A stretch of 59,212 nt of DNA from a virus (taxonomy: Duplodnaviria > Caudoviricetes): positions 1 through 59,212 of IMG/VR virus record IMGVR_UViG_3300020391_000001; one strand, written 5' to 3'. Below the pieces are notes generated by a model. The model made no database searches and was not told where the DNA came from. It worked only from the letters and a program-made list of their open reading frames with translations. A program made the translations under genes and the position numbers. Shown in pieces: positions 1 to 8,615 of the stretch; position 1 is the first letter of the stretch; the number at the start of each line of letters is the position of its first letter.

Positions 1-77
1 GGTAACATGAGATTTAAAGCTAGAGAAAGATACTCTTTTGGATTCTCTGATCCAAGATGTATTTTTGGTAACGGAAA
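1..77. repeat. Terminal direct repeat, copy 1 (circular assembly overlap)
   Basis: Bases 1-77 are identical to 59136-59212, and the capsid reading frame continues through the join. Confidence 0.97.
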
Positions 78-93
78 TTTACCAACTAGTTAA
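1..93 (+). CDS. C-terminal end of the major capsid protein (continues from 58311)
   Basis: Frame 1 reads GNMRFKARERYSFGFSDPRCIFGNGNLPTS*, in frame with the ORF starting at 58311. Confidence 0.93.
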   Translation, partial: GNMRFKARERYSFGFSDPRCIFGNGNLPTS

Positions 94-114
94 TAGTCTT
101 TAAAATATTATATT

Positions 115-151
115 AAAGGGCGGTGTATTAATTTGCACTGCCCTTTTTTTT
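115..151 (+). terminator. Rho-independent terminator after the capsid gene
   Basis: AAAGGGCGGTGTA / TGCACTGCCCTTT stem followed by a T run. Confidence 0.85.
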
Positions 152-688
152 ATGTTAGACAAATTTATGCAAATATCCATGGAGTTAGATGAAAAAATAG
201 AAAGAAGTTATTTTTTTATAAAAGGCCACATAGATATAAATTGTGATTATTTCATTGAAAAAATAAAACGTGGTGTTGAAGAAAATGGAAATATGAGCCA
301 CAAAACAAATCTTGAAGGTAAAATGACTTCATGGAATTATTTTAATAATGATGAAAATTTTAGAAAATATATAATAAATTTTAATAGACACATGGATAAA
401 AATTATAAGTTACCCTTTTATGCTTTGGAAGATTCATGGGGATTTATAAACTCACCAGGAGATAAAACAAAATATCACTCTCACTACAAATCTATTTATT
501 CTGGAGTTATTTATTTAAATCATTGTGCACAGCCCTTATTATTTAATGAAATAAAACAAAAAATTGTTCCTGAACCAGGTTCTTTTGCAATTTTTTCATC
601 ATGGTTGACTCATGGTTGTGATATAAATGACACTAATATTAACAAATTTGGAATTAGTTTTAATATGAGTGAAAGCAATCGTTGGTAG
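152..688 (+). CDS. 2OG-Fe(II) oxygenase superfamily protein (TIGR02466-like)
   Basis: Motifs HSH...SGVIYL...FSSWLTHG...ISFN. Confidence 0.8.
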   Translation: MLDKFMQISMELDEKIERSYFFIKGHIDINCDYFIEKIKRGVEENGNMSHKTNLEGKMTSWNYFNNDENFRKYIINFNRHMDKNYKLPFYALEDSWGFINSPGDKTKYHSHYKSIYSGVIYLNHCAQPLLFNEIKQKIVPEPGSFAIFSSWLTHGCDINDTNINKFGISFNMSESNRW

Positions 689-723
689 TTTACCATTTAA
701 AATTTTTATCGTATAATAAAAAC

Positions 724-798
724 ACCTAGAATAATTTATTATGTCGACTGGCTAGGCAGACGGTATAGAGACGACATAATTAACGCTATACAAAGGAG
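724..798 (+). ncRNA. Structured leader RNA with pseudoknot(s), candidate Mu-gpT-DE-like motif
   Basis: Stem ATTATGTCG (738-746) / CGACATAAT (772-780). CCTAG (725-729) is complementary to loop CTAGG (752-756). GTATAG (763-768) is complementary to CTATAC (786-791). TATAAT lies just upstream. Confidence 0.6.
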
Positions 799-804
799 AA
801 AATT

Positions 805-1350
805 ATGGCTAACACAACATTTTCGGGACCGGTACGATCGGAGAACGGTTTTATTGGAGCAACGAAAAACGCATCTACAGGTGCTTTTACAAATGTATTT
901 GCAATTAGTTCAACAGGTGCTTACACAGGTACAAAACTTGTTGCACAAGGAACTGCAGACGTAATCGTAGCATCAACAGCTGGAACGACTGAGGTACAAT
1001 TCTCTCAGCCAGACAATTCAATTATTACTTCAATTGATATTGTTTGTACTTCCGCACCAACATTAACAGGAGCTGGTGACATTGGTTTCAAAGTTGGAAC
1101 TGCAACAGGCGGAGCACAATTAGTGGCTGCTATTACAGATGAAATTCTTGATGGTGGAACTACTGTTCCTGCAGGAGCTGGTTACAACTTGACTTTAATA
1201 AATACTACTGGAAGTGATGCATCACCTGCAGCATCTCCAGCGGCTAACGTTTCTGGTGCAGCAAGAAATATTTTCTTGCAAATTACAAATACTGTAAACG
1301 CATCAGCTAACGGTAACTTTAGATTTATTATTAACATTCAACAGTTTTAA
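805..1350 (+). CDS. Putative virion structural (head-associated) protein
   Basis: Strong AAGGAG SD; A/G/T-rich; N-terminus MANTTFSGPVRS; lies near the capsid gene. Confidence 0.65.
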   Translation: MANTTFSGPVRSENGFIGATKNASTGAFTNVFAISSTGAYTGTKLVAQGTADVIVASTAGTTEVQFSQPDNSIITSIDIVCTSAPTLTGAGDIGFKVGTATGGAQLVAAITDEILDGGTTVPAGAGYNLTLINTTGSDASPAASPAANVSGAARNIFLQITNTVNASANGNFRFIINIQQF

Positions 1351-1362
1351 TAAATAAAACTA

Positions 1363-1382
1363 GTGGCTCCTTCGGGAGCCAC
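1363..1382 (+). other. Intergenic UUCG-tetraloop hairpin (mRNA stabiliser or terminator)
   Basis: GTGGCTCC-TTCG-GGAGCCAC; no U tract on the + strand. Confidence 0.7.
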
Positions 1383-1400
1383 AAACAATAGGAGAAAATT

Positions 1401-1700
1401 ATGAGTGGTGGAGGAAGTTTTACATCAGATCAACTGTCGGTACACAAAGGAAGTGGTACCCATGTCATGATTACAGGCAGAGGAAGAATTACTAGCGTAC
1501 AAGCTAAAGGTCATGCAAGTGGTCAAGTTGAGTTTCATGATTGTGCTACTACAGGTGCTGTAGCATCAGGAAACTTAAAATTAAAATATGTTTTTGGCAC
1601 TGAAGGAATTGATATCTACATGCCTGGATCAGGTGTTTTATTTAAAGACGGTATTGTAGTAGTTGGGGCTAATACTTCAGTTACAATTACACATACGTAA
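1401..1700 (+). CDS. Small putative virion protein
   Basis: AGGAG SD; beta-rich composition; structural gene context. Confidence 0.6.
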   Translation: MSGGGSFTSDQLSVHKGSGTHVMITGRGRITSVQAKGHASGQVEFHDCATTGAVASGNLKLKYVFGTEGIDIYMPGSGVLFKDGIVVVGANTSVTITHT

Positions 1701-1701
1701 G

Positions 1702-2391
1702 ATGAGTAAGCTTAAGCTAGGTATTGCAGGTTCTAAATTTGTTGGGACAAAAATAAAAGATCTAGCTAAAAAGCTTAAGAAAAAAAAATATACAAAGACT
1801 ACAAGAAAAAACTACGAAACAGCTCGAGGTTACAAAGTAGGTAAAAGTTTAAAACCTTATAATGTAAGAGCTGGTGCAAGAGATACTAAAGTTATACCGA
1901 CTAAAGCTCAATCTCAAAAAGGTAGTTCATTTAAACCTGTAAAATTAACAGGTATTCAAGGTCCTGCATCAGCAAAACTAACATCATCAGGAACTGCAGA
2001 ATCTTTGAGAGAAGATCTAATGAGAACGCATGGATATGGTCCTTCATTTAATGAATTAATACGATCAATAACTAAAAGAAGAAAAATGAAAGGTGGCATA
2101 TTAAAATTAAAAAGAGGTGGAGATAATATGCCTGCTCGGAACAAAAAAAATTTTAGACCAACAGAAAAAGGTGCTGGTATGACTGCTGCTGGCGTTGCTG
2201 CATACAGAAGAGCAAACCCTGGATCTAAATTAAAGACTGCAGTAACAGGAAAAGTAAAACCAGGATCTAAAGCTGCTAAAAGGCGAAAATCGTTTTGTGC
2301 TCGTAGTGCAGGACAAATGAAAAAATTTCCAAAGGCTGCAAAAGATCCTAATTCAAGACTTAGACAAGCGAGACGAAGATGGAAATGTTAA
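1702..2391 (+). CDS. Lys/Arg-rich protein with a DUF6321-like C-terminal domain
   Basis: ATG at 1702 follows the previous stop. C-terminus reads GMTAAGVAAYRRANPGSKLK...RRKSFCAR...RRWKC. Possible internal start at 2128. Confidence 0.7.
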   Translation: MSKLKLGIAGSKFVGTKIKDLAKKLKKKKYTKTTRKNYETARGYKVGKSLKPYNVRAGARDTKVIPTKAQSQKGSSFKPVKLTGIQGPASAKLTSSGTAESLREDLMRTHGYGPSFNELIRSITKRRKMKGGILKLKRGGDNMPARNKKNFRPTEKGAGMTAAGVAAYRRANPGSKLKTAVTGKVKPGSKAAKRRKSFCARSAGQMKKFPKAAKDPNSRLRQARRRWKC

Positions 2392-2525
2392 CGCAGATTA
2401 TTAGAAAATTTCTAGGATATGATATACTCGACAAAAGAATAAGAATATTAGAAAGAAAAAACTATTGGAGAGAAAAATATAAAAATGGCATATCTAAACG
2501 CAAACATTCCTCCAATATATTGTAA
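2385..2525 (+). CDS. Small hypothetical protein (46 aa, not in ORF track)
   Basis: MLTQIIRKFLGYDILDKRIRILERKNYWREKY... fills the gap between its neighbours. Confidence 0.55.
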   Translation: MLTQIIRKFLGYDILDKRIRILERKNYWREKYKNGISKRKHSSNIL

Positions 2526-3126
2526 ATTAAGAAAGGAGTATCTGTATGATCTCAAACAACATCACGGAGAAAGTGAAGAATGTGTTATCTTCGCTGTTAC
2601 ATCTATTTCGGGGAGGGCTCTCCTATTTAACATCATGTTACCCAACGGTGCGTGCTATTGGCGTTTGCCTATCTCAGCGTTTTTCCAAAAACATTATGAT
2701 AGAGCCTCTGTGCCGGATATGCAGACGCACGAGCTGGAACTGTGGAACAGTTTTAGTTACTGGCCTAGTGTTACTTGCTTTGATTGGTTGGATGGTGTAA
2801 GCGGAAAATTTTTAGGTCTAGATAAAAAATTCTACCATGGAAAATATTTATTTACGATTGATTGGGCTCACCCAGACGTCAACATCTTGGATGTTGAACA
2901 TTCTGAAATACCTCAAGAGCACAAGTGTGCGCATATATTGGCTCTTAATAACGGGAATTTTGCAGCTCAGCCTAATAACCGTCTTCTTTGGCACATTAAT
3001 AGCTACACTACTGATAACAGCTGGCCTGATTACAAAGTCCAAACTACATATTGGGACGCGGAGGATAACGATATGGTTACAGAAGACAGCGATAAAATGT
3101 TCTATGAAATGGAAAAAAAAGAATGA
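2485..3126 (+). CDS. Conserved phage hypothetical protein
   Basis: 213 aa ORF with motifs RLPISAF, YLFTIDW, EHKCAH and GNFAAQPNNR. Confidence 0.8.
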   Translation: MAYLNANIPPIYCKLRKEYLYDLKQHHGESEECVIFAVTSISGRALLFNIMLPNGACYWRLPISAFFQKHYDRASVPDMQTHELELWNSFSYWPSVTCFDWLDGVSGKFLGLDKKFYHGKYLFTIDWAHPDVNILDVEHSEIPQEHKCAHILALNNGNFAAQPNNRLLWHINSYTTDNSWPDYKVQTTYWDAEDNDMVTEDSDKMFYEMEKKE

Positions 3127-3218
3127 TTGACAAATTAATATATAAATTTTTTGGTGTACTAGACAAGGCATGCTCATTCATAGATAATCTTTTCAAATCA
3201 AGAAAGAAAAAAAAATGA
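3123..3218 (+). CDS. Small hypothetical peptide (31 aa)
   Basis: ATGA overlaps on both sides; MIDKLIYKFFGVLDKACSFIDNLFKSRKKKK. Confidence 0.55.
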   Translation: MIDKLIYKFFGVLDKACSFIDNLFKSRKKKK

Positions 3219-3550
3219 ATTTAGCAGATTTACTTAAGAAAAACATAGTTATGGTTCCTGTTGTAGCTTCAGTTTTAGTTGGAACATTCACAGGTGTAAA
3301 ATACATTGTTAATTTAACAGATACTATTAATGCAAACCAAGCACAGATACGTGAATTAAAGACTATGGAGTTGGAAAATATACAGAGAGATATGAAGGTT
3401 TTAACTGACAATGTAAATACTGTAATTGCAAAATTAGAAAGAGCTGAAGGCACATGGGAAATGGCCGAAAACTTATATGAAGTTCTAGCTGATAAAGTCA
3501 GACAAATGGAATACGATATAAAAGATTTAAATAGGGAAATTAATTATTAG
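3215..3550 (+). CDS. Membrane-anchored coiled-coil protein (lysis cluster)
   Basis: N-terminal hydrophobic helix followed by heptad repeats. Confidence 0.65.
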   Translation: MNLADLLKKNIVMVPVVASVLVGTFTGVKYIVNLTDTINANQAQIRELKTMELENIQRDMKVLTDNVNTVIAKLERAEGTWEMAENLYEVLADKVRQMEYDIKDLNREINY

Positions 3551-3558
3551 GATGAATT

Positions 3559-4101
3559 ATGGAGTTAGCCAAGATGAATTATTATTTTACAGGAATATTA
3601 ATTATCTTGCTATGCTTAATTGCATGGATAGGTCCTGCGTATCCTAGAAACGAATATCTTAACAACAGCGATAGATGTGGAGAGTTTGAAGCTCGTATAG
3701 AACAGTATCAGAATGATACAAATTACAATTCCTCTGGAAGCACAGATTATAATAATGAAAACTGGAGATTTAATTTAGGTTTTAGAAAATACTTAGGCAC
3801 AGATTGCAAAACGTCAAAAGAAAACATGCAATTAAAACAACAATTAGAGTTGATGAAAATGTGTAACAAAGTAAATAGAAACCCAAGTCTTGCACAAAAT
3901 CCAAACTTTACATTGTTAGTATCAAAATGCAGAGGGGTGATACCTCAAGCAGTTGAGACAGAAACCATGCCTACAGGCAGTTTATGGGATGAATTAAAAG
4001 AAGATTATATTGAAGAAAACCCAAAATCTAAGACTTTAGACAACAATAACAGTACATTGAAAATACCACCAGAGGGTTATATACTACCTAAACCAGAATA
4101 A
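3559..4101 (+). CDS. Exported or membrane-anchored hypothetical protein
   Basis: Signal-like N-terminus; several Cys; Pro-rich C-terminus. Confidence 0.65.
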   Translation: MELAKMNYYFTGILIILLCLIAWIGPAYPRNEYLNNSDRCGEFEARIEQYQNDTNYNSSGSTDYNNENWRFNLGFRKYLGTDCKTSKENMQLKQQLELMKMCNKVNRNPSLAQNPNFTLLVSKCRGVIPQAVETETMPTGSLWDELKEDYIEENPKSKTLDNNNSTLKIPPEGYILPKPE

Positions 4102-4433
4102 TGAAAGTAAACGACAATACATCTATATCAATGCCAATAAGAAATATGTTGGCTATTATTGCAGCGGTAGCTGTAGGTGCGTGGGCATACTTTGGTGTAA
4201 TCGAAAGATTAAATAAATTAGAAACATCAGACACCCTTTTTCAAGCTGATTTGCTCAAGAAGGCAGAGCAAGAACCAAAAAATTTAGAAATGTATATGCT
4301 TATAGAACACCTTGCAGGACAAATTGAAAAAATTGAAGAAGAAATACAGGCATCTAGATATAACAAAGTAAACATAGACCACTTAAAAGAACAAGTGGAT
4401 ATGTTACAGAAAAAAGCAAATGGTAATAACTAA
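4101..4433 (+). CDS. Membrane-anchored coiled-coil protein
   Basis: TM segment LAIIAAVAVGAWAYFGVI; coupled to neighbours by TAATG overlaps. Confidence 0.65.
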   Translation: MKVNDNTSISMPIRNMLAIIAAVAVGAWAYFGVIERLNKLETSDTLFQADLLKKAEQEPKNLEMYMLIEHLAGQIEKIEEEIQASRYNKVNIDHLKEQVDMLQKKANGNN

Positions 4434-4645
4434 TGGTCGAAACTGTATTTGCATTGTTAATGATCATAGAACATGAGATAAAAGAACACCGTATACAGGA
4501 GTCACTTAGCATGTGTTTGAAACGTAAGAGGGTTGCAGAAAGGCAATTAAAAAATAAAACTATTAGTTACAAGTGTATAAAGAGCAAAGCAGAAATAGAA
4601 TTATACCAGGGTGAAAAATCAATAAAAAAATTAATATTAGAATAA
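4433..4645 (+). CDS. Hypothetical protein
   Basis: TAATG coupling on both sides. Confidence 0.65.
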   Translation: MVETVFALLMIIEHEIKEHRIQESLSMCLKRKRVAERQLKNKTISYKCIKSKAEIELYQGEKSIKKLILE

Positions 4646-5121
4646 TGAAACTAACACGTAATTTTAGCCTACAAGAACTTACCAAGTCGGATACTGCAAT
4701 ACGTAAAGGTATAGACAATGAACCTAACGCTGACCAAATAGATAAATTAAAAACTCTTTGTGAAAAAATTTTACAACCAGTACGTGACCAGTTTGGCAGG
4801 GTAAAAGTGACTAGCGGTTTTCGTAGTCCAGAATTGTGTGTGGCCATAGGATCGAGTTTGACCAGCCAACATTCAAAGGCAGAGGCGGTTGATTTCGAAG
4901 TATTAGGTGTAGACAATGCAGAGGTTGCTGATTGGGTTTATGCAAACTGTGAAACAGATCAGCTGATTCTCGAATACTATACGCCTGGAGAACCTAACTC
5001 GGGATGGATACACGCGAGCTACATACCTTTCCAACCAAGAGCTCAATACATGAGAGCATACAAAGAAGAAGGCAAAACAAAATATAAACCAATAACTGGC
5101 AAAGCTGTAGATTTAGTGTAA
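4645..5121 (+). CDS. Peptidase M15 family endolysin
   Basis: NFSLQEL...TSGFRS...SQH...AVD...WIH zinc-peptidase motifs. Confidence 0.9.
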   Translation: MKLTRNFSLQELTKSDTAIRKGIDNEPNADQIDKLKTLCEKILQPVRDQFGRVKVTSGFRSPELCVAIGSSLTSQHSKAEAVDFEVLGVDNAEVADWVYANCETDQLILEYYTPGEPNSGWIHASYIPFQPRAQYMRAYKEEGKTKYKPITGKAVDLV

Positions 5122-5130
5122 AAATCTATT

Positions 5131-5643
5131 ATGCAAATAATAGATAATTTTCTAGAGCCAGAACTATACGAAAATATTTCTAATTTTTTAAAATCCCATA
5201 ATACTAATTGGTGGTTTCAAAAAGACGATTCTTACGCAAGTCTAACTAAAAACAAAAATGGTTTTTTTGAATTTGTTTTTTATAATTATAGACGACCACT
5301 AAGTCCAAAATTTAACGATTTGATTGAACCTGTGTTAACAAAATTAGAAGTAGATGCGTGTATTCAAGTAAGAGCAAATTTAGTTGTAAGGGATAAAGAC
5401 ACAATCGAGTGTGCTTGGCATACTGACGGACAAAATCCAGCTGCAACAACAGGTATTTTATATTTAACGAATTGTAATGCAAAAACTGTATTAAGCACAA
5501 AAGAGGGTGAGGTGTTTGTTGATAGTAAAGAAAATAGGATGTTATTATTTCCTCAAACAACTAGACACAAGGTAATATATCAAACAGATGTCCACAAAAG
5601 ATATATAGTAAATTTTAATTATTTTGGAAAATTATGCAAATAA
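5131..5643 (+). CDS. 2OG-Fe(II) oxygenase (tandem paralogue 1)
   Basis: IIDNFL start, WHTD, distal His in RHKV, RYIVNFNY. Confidence 0.85.
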   Translation: MQIIDNFLEPELYENISNFLKSHNTNWWFQKDDSYASLTKNKNGFFEFVFYNYRRPLSPKFNDLIEPVLTKLEVDACIQVRANLVVRDKDTIECAWHTDGQNPAATTGILYLTNCNAKTVLSTKEGEVFVDSKENRMLLFPQTTRHKVIYQTDVHKRYIVNFNYFGKLCK

Positions 5644-6143
5644 TAGATAATTATCTTGAACCTACTATGTATAAAAATATTTCTGATTTTTTAAAATCAA
5701 ATGAAACTAATTGGTTTTTATCAAGTTTTGACACCCAAAATTTCACTAAGAACAAAAATGGTTTTTTTGAACATTTTTTTTATGATAACAACCAACCCTC
5801 ATGTCCAAAATTTTTTGATTTAATTATACCTATTTTGAAAAAATTAAAATCAACTGCTCCTATTCGAGTAAGAGCCAATCTATCTTTAAGAGATATAGAT
5901 ACCGTTGAATCTGGTTGGCACATGGATGGATACCATTCAGCTGCAACTACAGGTATTTTGTATTTAACATCATGCAATGGAAAGACTGTAGTGAAAACAA
6001 AAGATGGCGATGTATTTGTTGACAGCGTGGAAAATAGAATGTTATTATTTCCACAAAAAACTGAACATAAAATAGTATATCAAACAGACGTGCATGAGAG
6101 ATATTTAATTAATTTTAACTTTTTTGGAGAATTATGCCAATAG
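5634..6143 (+). CDS. 2OG-Fe(II) oxygenase (tandem paralogue 2)
   Basis: IIDNYL, WHMD, EHKI, RYLINFNF; colinear with 5131..5643. Confidence 0.85.
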   Translation: MQIIDNYLEPTMYKNISDFLKSNETNWFLSSFDTQNFTKNKNGFFEHFFYDNNQPSCPKFFDLIIPILKKLKSTAPIRVRANLSLRDIDTVESGWHMDGYHSAATTGILYLTSCNGKTVVKTKDGDVFVDSVENRMLLFPQKTEHKIVYQTDVHERYLINFNFFGELCQ

Positions 6144-6265
6144 GAAGAAGTCAAATAAGAAAACAAGTTGAAGGCAAGCTAAGAGGTGCAAGAGATGAAA
6201 AAAAGAAGAAAAAACGTGTTCTTGCCAAATTATATAGCAAAAAGTCTAAGGTCTTCAAAATTTAG
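6134..6265 (+). CDS. Small basic protein (43 aa)
   Basis: GGAG SD; MPIGRSQIRKQVEGKLRG... Confidence 0.6.
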   Translation: MPIGRSQIRKQVEGKLRGARDEKKKKKRVLAKLYSKKSKVFKI

Positions 6266-6338
6266 TCAAAAAGTGATACAATCTAAGAAATTGTATAACC
6301 GTAAAAAGGATAATAATGGCGACTTCAGGAACTGCTAG
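6195..6338 (+). CDS. Small basic protein, ArfA-like signature (47 aa)
   Basis: GAGG SD; NYIAKSLRSSKFSQKVIQSKKLYNRK. Confidence 0.5.
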   Translation: MKKRRKNVFLPNYIAKSLRSSKFSQKVIQSKKLYNRKKDNNGDFRNC

Positions 6339-7011
6339 TTTTGATTTATCAATAGAAGAAATAATTCAAGAGGCATACGAAAGATGTGGTATGACTACAA
6401 CTAGTGGTCATAGTCTTAAATCAGCTAGGATAAGTTTAAATTTATTATTTGCAGAATGGGCTAACAGAGGTATTCACCTTTGGAAAGTTTCACTTACCGA
6501 AGTTGCATTAGTTTCAGGAGTTGCACAATATGCTGTAGCTGACACAATTAGCGATGTTTTAGAGGCTTACATATCTTCAACATCTTTAGTTTCTGATAAT
6601 GCTAATACACAAGATGTTTCACTTACAAAAATAGATAGATCCGCTTATGCTGCATTACCAAATAAATTAGCAACAGGACAACCATCTCAGTATTATGTAG
6701 ATAGACAAACAACGCCTCAAATACTTTTGTATCAAGCACCCGACTTGAATACTTACACGACTTTAAAATTTTATGCTATTAACAGAATACAAGATGCAGG
6801 AATTTACACAAATGAAGCAGATGTAGTTTTTAGATTTTTACCTTGTATGGTATCAGGATTAGCTTATTACCTAGCTATGAAAAATTCACCACAGCTAGTG
6901 CAACAAAATAAATTAATATATGAAGACCAATTAAAAAGAGCATTAGATGAAGATGGTCAAAGAGCTTCAACATATATTACACCACAATCTTTTTATCCAA
7001 GTGGAGTTTAA
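6316..7011 (+). CDS. Head-tail adaptor / tail tubular-like protein
   Basis: MATSGT...IIQEAYERCG...SLNLLFAEWANRG pattern; opens the tail module. Confidence 0.65.
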   Translation: MATSGTASFDLSIEEIIQEAYERCGMTTTSGHSLKSARISLNLLFAEWANRGIHLWKVSLTEVALVSGVAQYAVADTISDVLEAYISSTSLVSDNANTQDVSLTKIDRSAYAALPNKLATGQPSQYYVDRQTTPQILLYQAPDLNTYTTLKFYAINRIQDAGIYTNEADVVFRFLPCMVSGLAYYLAMKNSPQLVQQNKLIYEDQLKRALDEDGQRASTYITPQSFYPSGV

Positions 7012-7013
7012 TT

Positions 7014-7478
7014 ATGGCAAAATACGCAACAGGTAAAAGATCACAATCAATATCAGATAGATCTGGAATGGCTTTTCCATACACAGAAATGGTTAAGGAA
7101 TGGAATGGTTCGTTAGTTCATTATTCTGAATTTGAACCTAAGCATCCACAGATAAGAAGAAAACATGTTACTGCTGATGCGATAGCTCTACAAAATTCTA
7201 GAAATATGAAATTTCAACAACCAATTCAACCATTTATAAATAATAATACAAGTGATGTAACTATATCAAGCTCTGGTGGCACGATGGTTGGTATAGCTAA
7301 TTTAACTTTACCTGGTGATTTTGCATTTAAAACACAAGATTTTAAAATTACAAGAGTAATTAATGGTGTCCAAGTGACTTCAGTCTTACATAGTATGATA
7401 CCAGAAGATCCCTCATTACAAAATAGAAGAAGAGAATTGTTATCTTTAATAGGCAGCGTGGAGGTAAGTATTACATAA
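7014..7478 (+). CDS. Putative virion protein
   Basis: ISDRSG...EWNG...FEPKHPQ motif; structural context. Confidence 0.6.
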   Translation: MAKYATGKRSQSISDRSGMAFPYTEMVKEWNGSLVHYSEFEPKHPQIRRKHVTADAIALQNSRNMKFQQPIQPFINNNTSDVTISSSGGTMVGIANLTLPGDFAFKTQDFKITRVINGVQVTSVLHSMIPEDPSLQNRRRELLSLIGSVEVSIT

Positions 7479-8140
7479 TGGCCATTTCTCATGCAAATTT
7501 TTTAACACAAATTAGGAACTATACAGAGGTCAGTAATACTGTCCTATCTGATTCACAAATACAAGAATTCTTAAGAAACGTTGAGTTAGATGTTGCTGGT
7601 AAAGTTGATTACGATGATCTTCGTAAATATGCTAATTCTAGTTTTACTGCAGGAAATCGTGCGGTTTCTTTACCCTCAGATGCATTAGTTTTAAGATCTG
7701 TTGAACGTGTGGATGGAAGTGGTAATAGAAGTTTCTTAGAAAAAAGAGATACTAGTTTTATATCTGAATTTAATGGAACAGGAGCACAAGGCACTCCAAA
7801 ATATTTTGCTAATTGGGATGAATTTAATATTATTGTTGCACCGGTTCCCGCAACAGCTGACACAGTGCAAATAAACTATATAAAAGATCCACCAGAATTT
7901 ACATCATCAAATCAAACGTATTTAGCTAATTATCAAGAATCAATGTTATTACATGGTGTCTTAGCTGAATGTTTTAGATTTTTAAAAGGACCTATGGATA
8001 TGTACAAGCTCTATGAAAGTAAGTATAATGAAGAGGTACAAAATTTTGCCCTACAACAAATGGGTAGAAGAAGACGAGCTGAGTATGATGATGGAGTTCC
8101 AAGAATTAAAATTCCTAGTCCTACTCCTAACACAAATTAA
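7478..8140 (+). CDS. Head-tail adaptor-like protein
   Basis: GTPKYFA...VAPVP...LLHGVLAE pattern typical of podophage adaptors. Confidence 0.65.
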   Translation: MAISHANFLTQIRNYTEVSNTVLSDSQIQEFLRNVELDVAGKVDYDDLRKYANSSFTAGNRAVSLPSDALVLRSVERVDGSGNRSFLEKRDTSFISEFNGTGAQGTPKYFANWDEFNIIVAPVPATADTVQINYIKDPPEFTSSNQTYLANYQESMLLHGVLAECFRFLKGPMDMYKLYESKYNEEVQNFALQQMGRRRRAEYDDGVPRIKIPSPTPNTN

Positions 8141-8154
8141 AAAGGAGGCCAATT

Positions 8155-8598
8155 ATGGCAATAACAACAAACGCAATATGTGATTCTTTTAAGAAACAAT
8201 TGCTACAAGCGAAACATGACTTTGATACATCATCTGACACTTACAAGTTAGCGATGTACACAAGTTCTGCAACTTTAGGGAAATCAACAACTAATTATGC
8301 AACAGCTAATGAAGTATCTTCATCTGGTTATTCTGCAGGTGGTAAAGCACTTGTTAATCAAGGTGTCAAAGTTTCATCTTCAGTAGCTATTACTGATTTT
8401 GCTGATTTATCATTTGTAGGTGTAACTCTTACGGCTAGAGGAGCTTTAATTTACAACACAACGACTGACGGTGGTTCTGGAACTACAGACGCTGTTGCTG
8501 TTTTAGATTTTGGTGGCGATAAGACTGCTACATCAGGAACTTTTACAATTCAGTTTCCTGCGTTCACAACAGCAGCTTCTATATTAAGATTAGCATAA
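8155..8598 (+). CDS. Tail/virion structural protein
   Basis: AGGAGG SD; KLAMYTSSA...GYSAGG...ARGALIYN...LDFGGD. Confidence 0.7.
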   Translation: MAITTNAICDSFKKQLLQAKHDFDTSSDTYKLAMYTSSATLGKSTTNYATANEVSSSGYSAGGKALVNQGVKVSSSVAITDFADLSFVGVTLTARGALIYNTTTDGGSGTTDAVAVLDFGGDKTATSGTFTIQFPAFTTAASILRLA

Positions 8599-8615
8599 TT
8601 TAAGGTCCTGGTGCT

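Noticed and set aside
1-77. Biological direct terminal repeat
   Set aside because: It lies inside the capsid CDS and its length equals a common assembler k-mer (77), so it is most likely a circularisation artefact.
5131-6143. Diversity-generating retroelement template/variable repeat pair
   Set aside because: Both copies are full coding paralogues, the differences are not adenine-specific, and no reverse transcriptase gene was seen.
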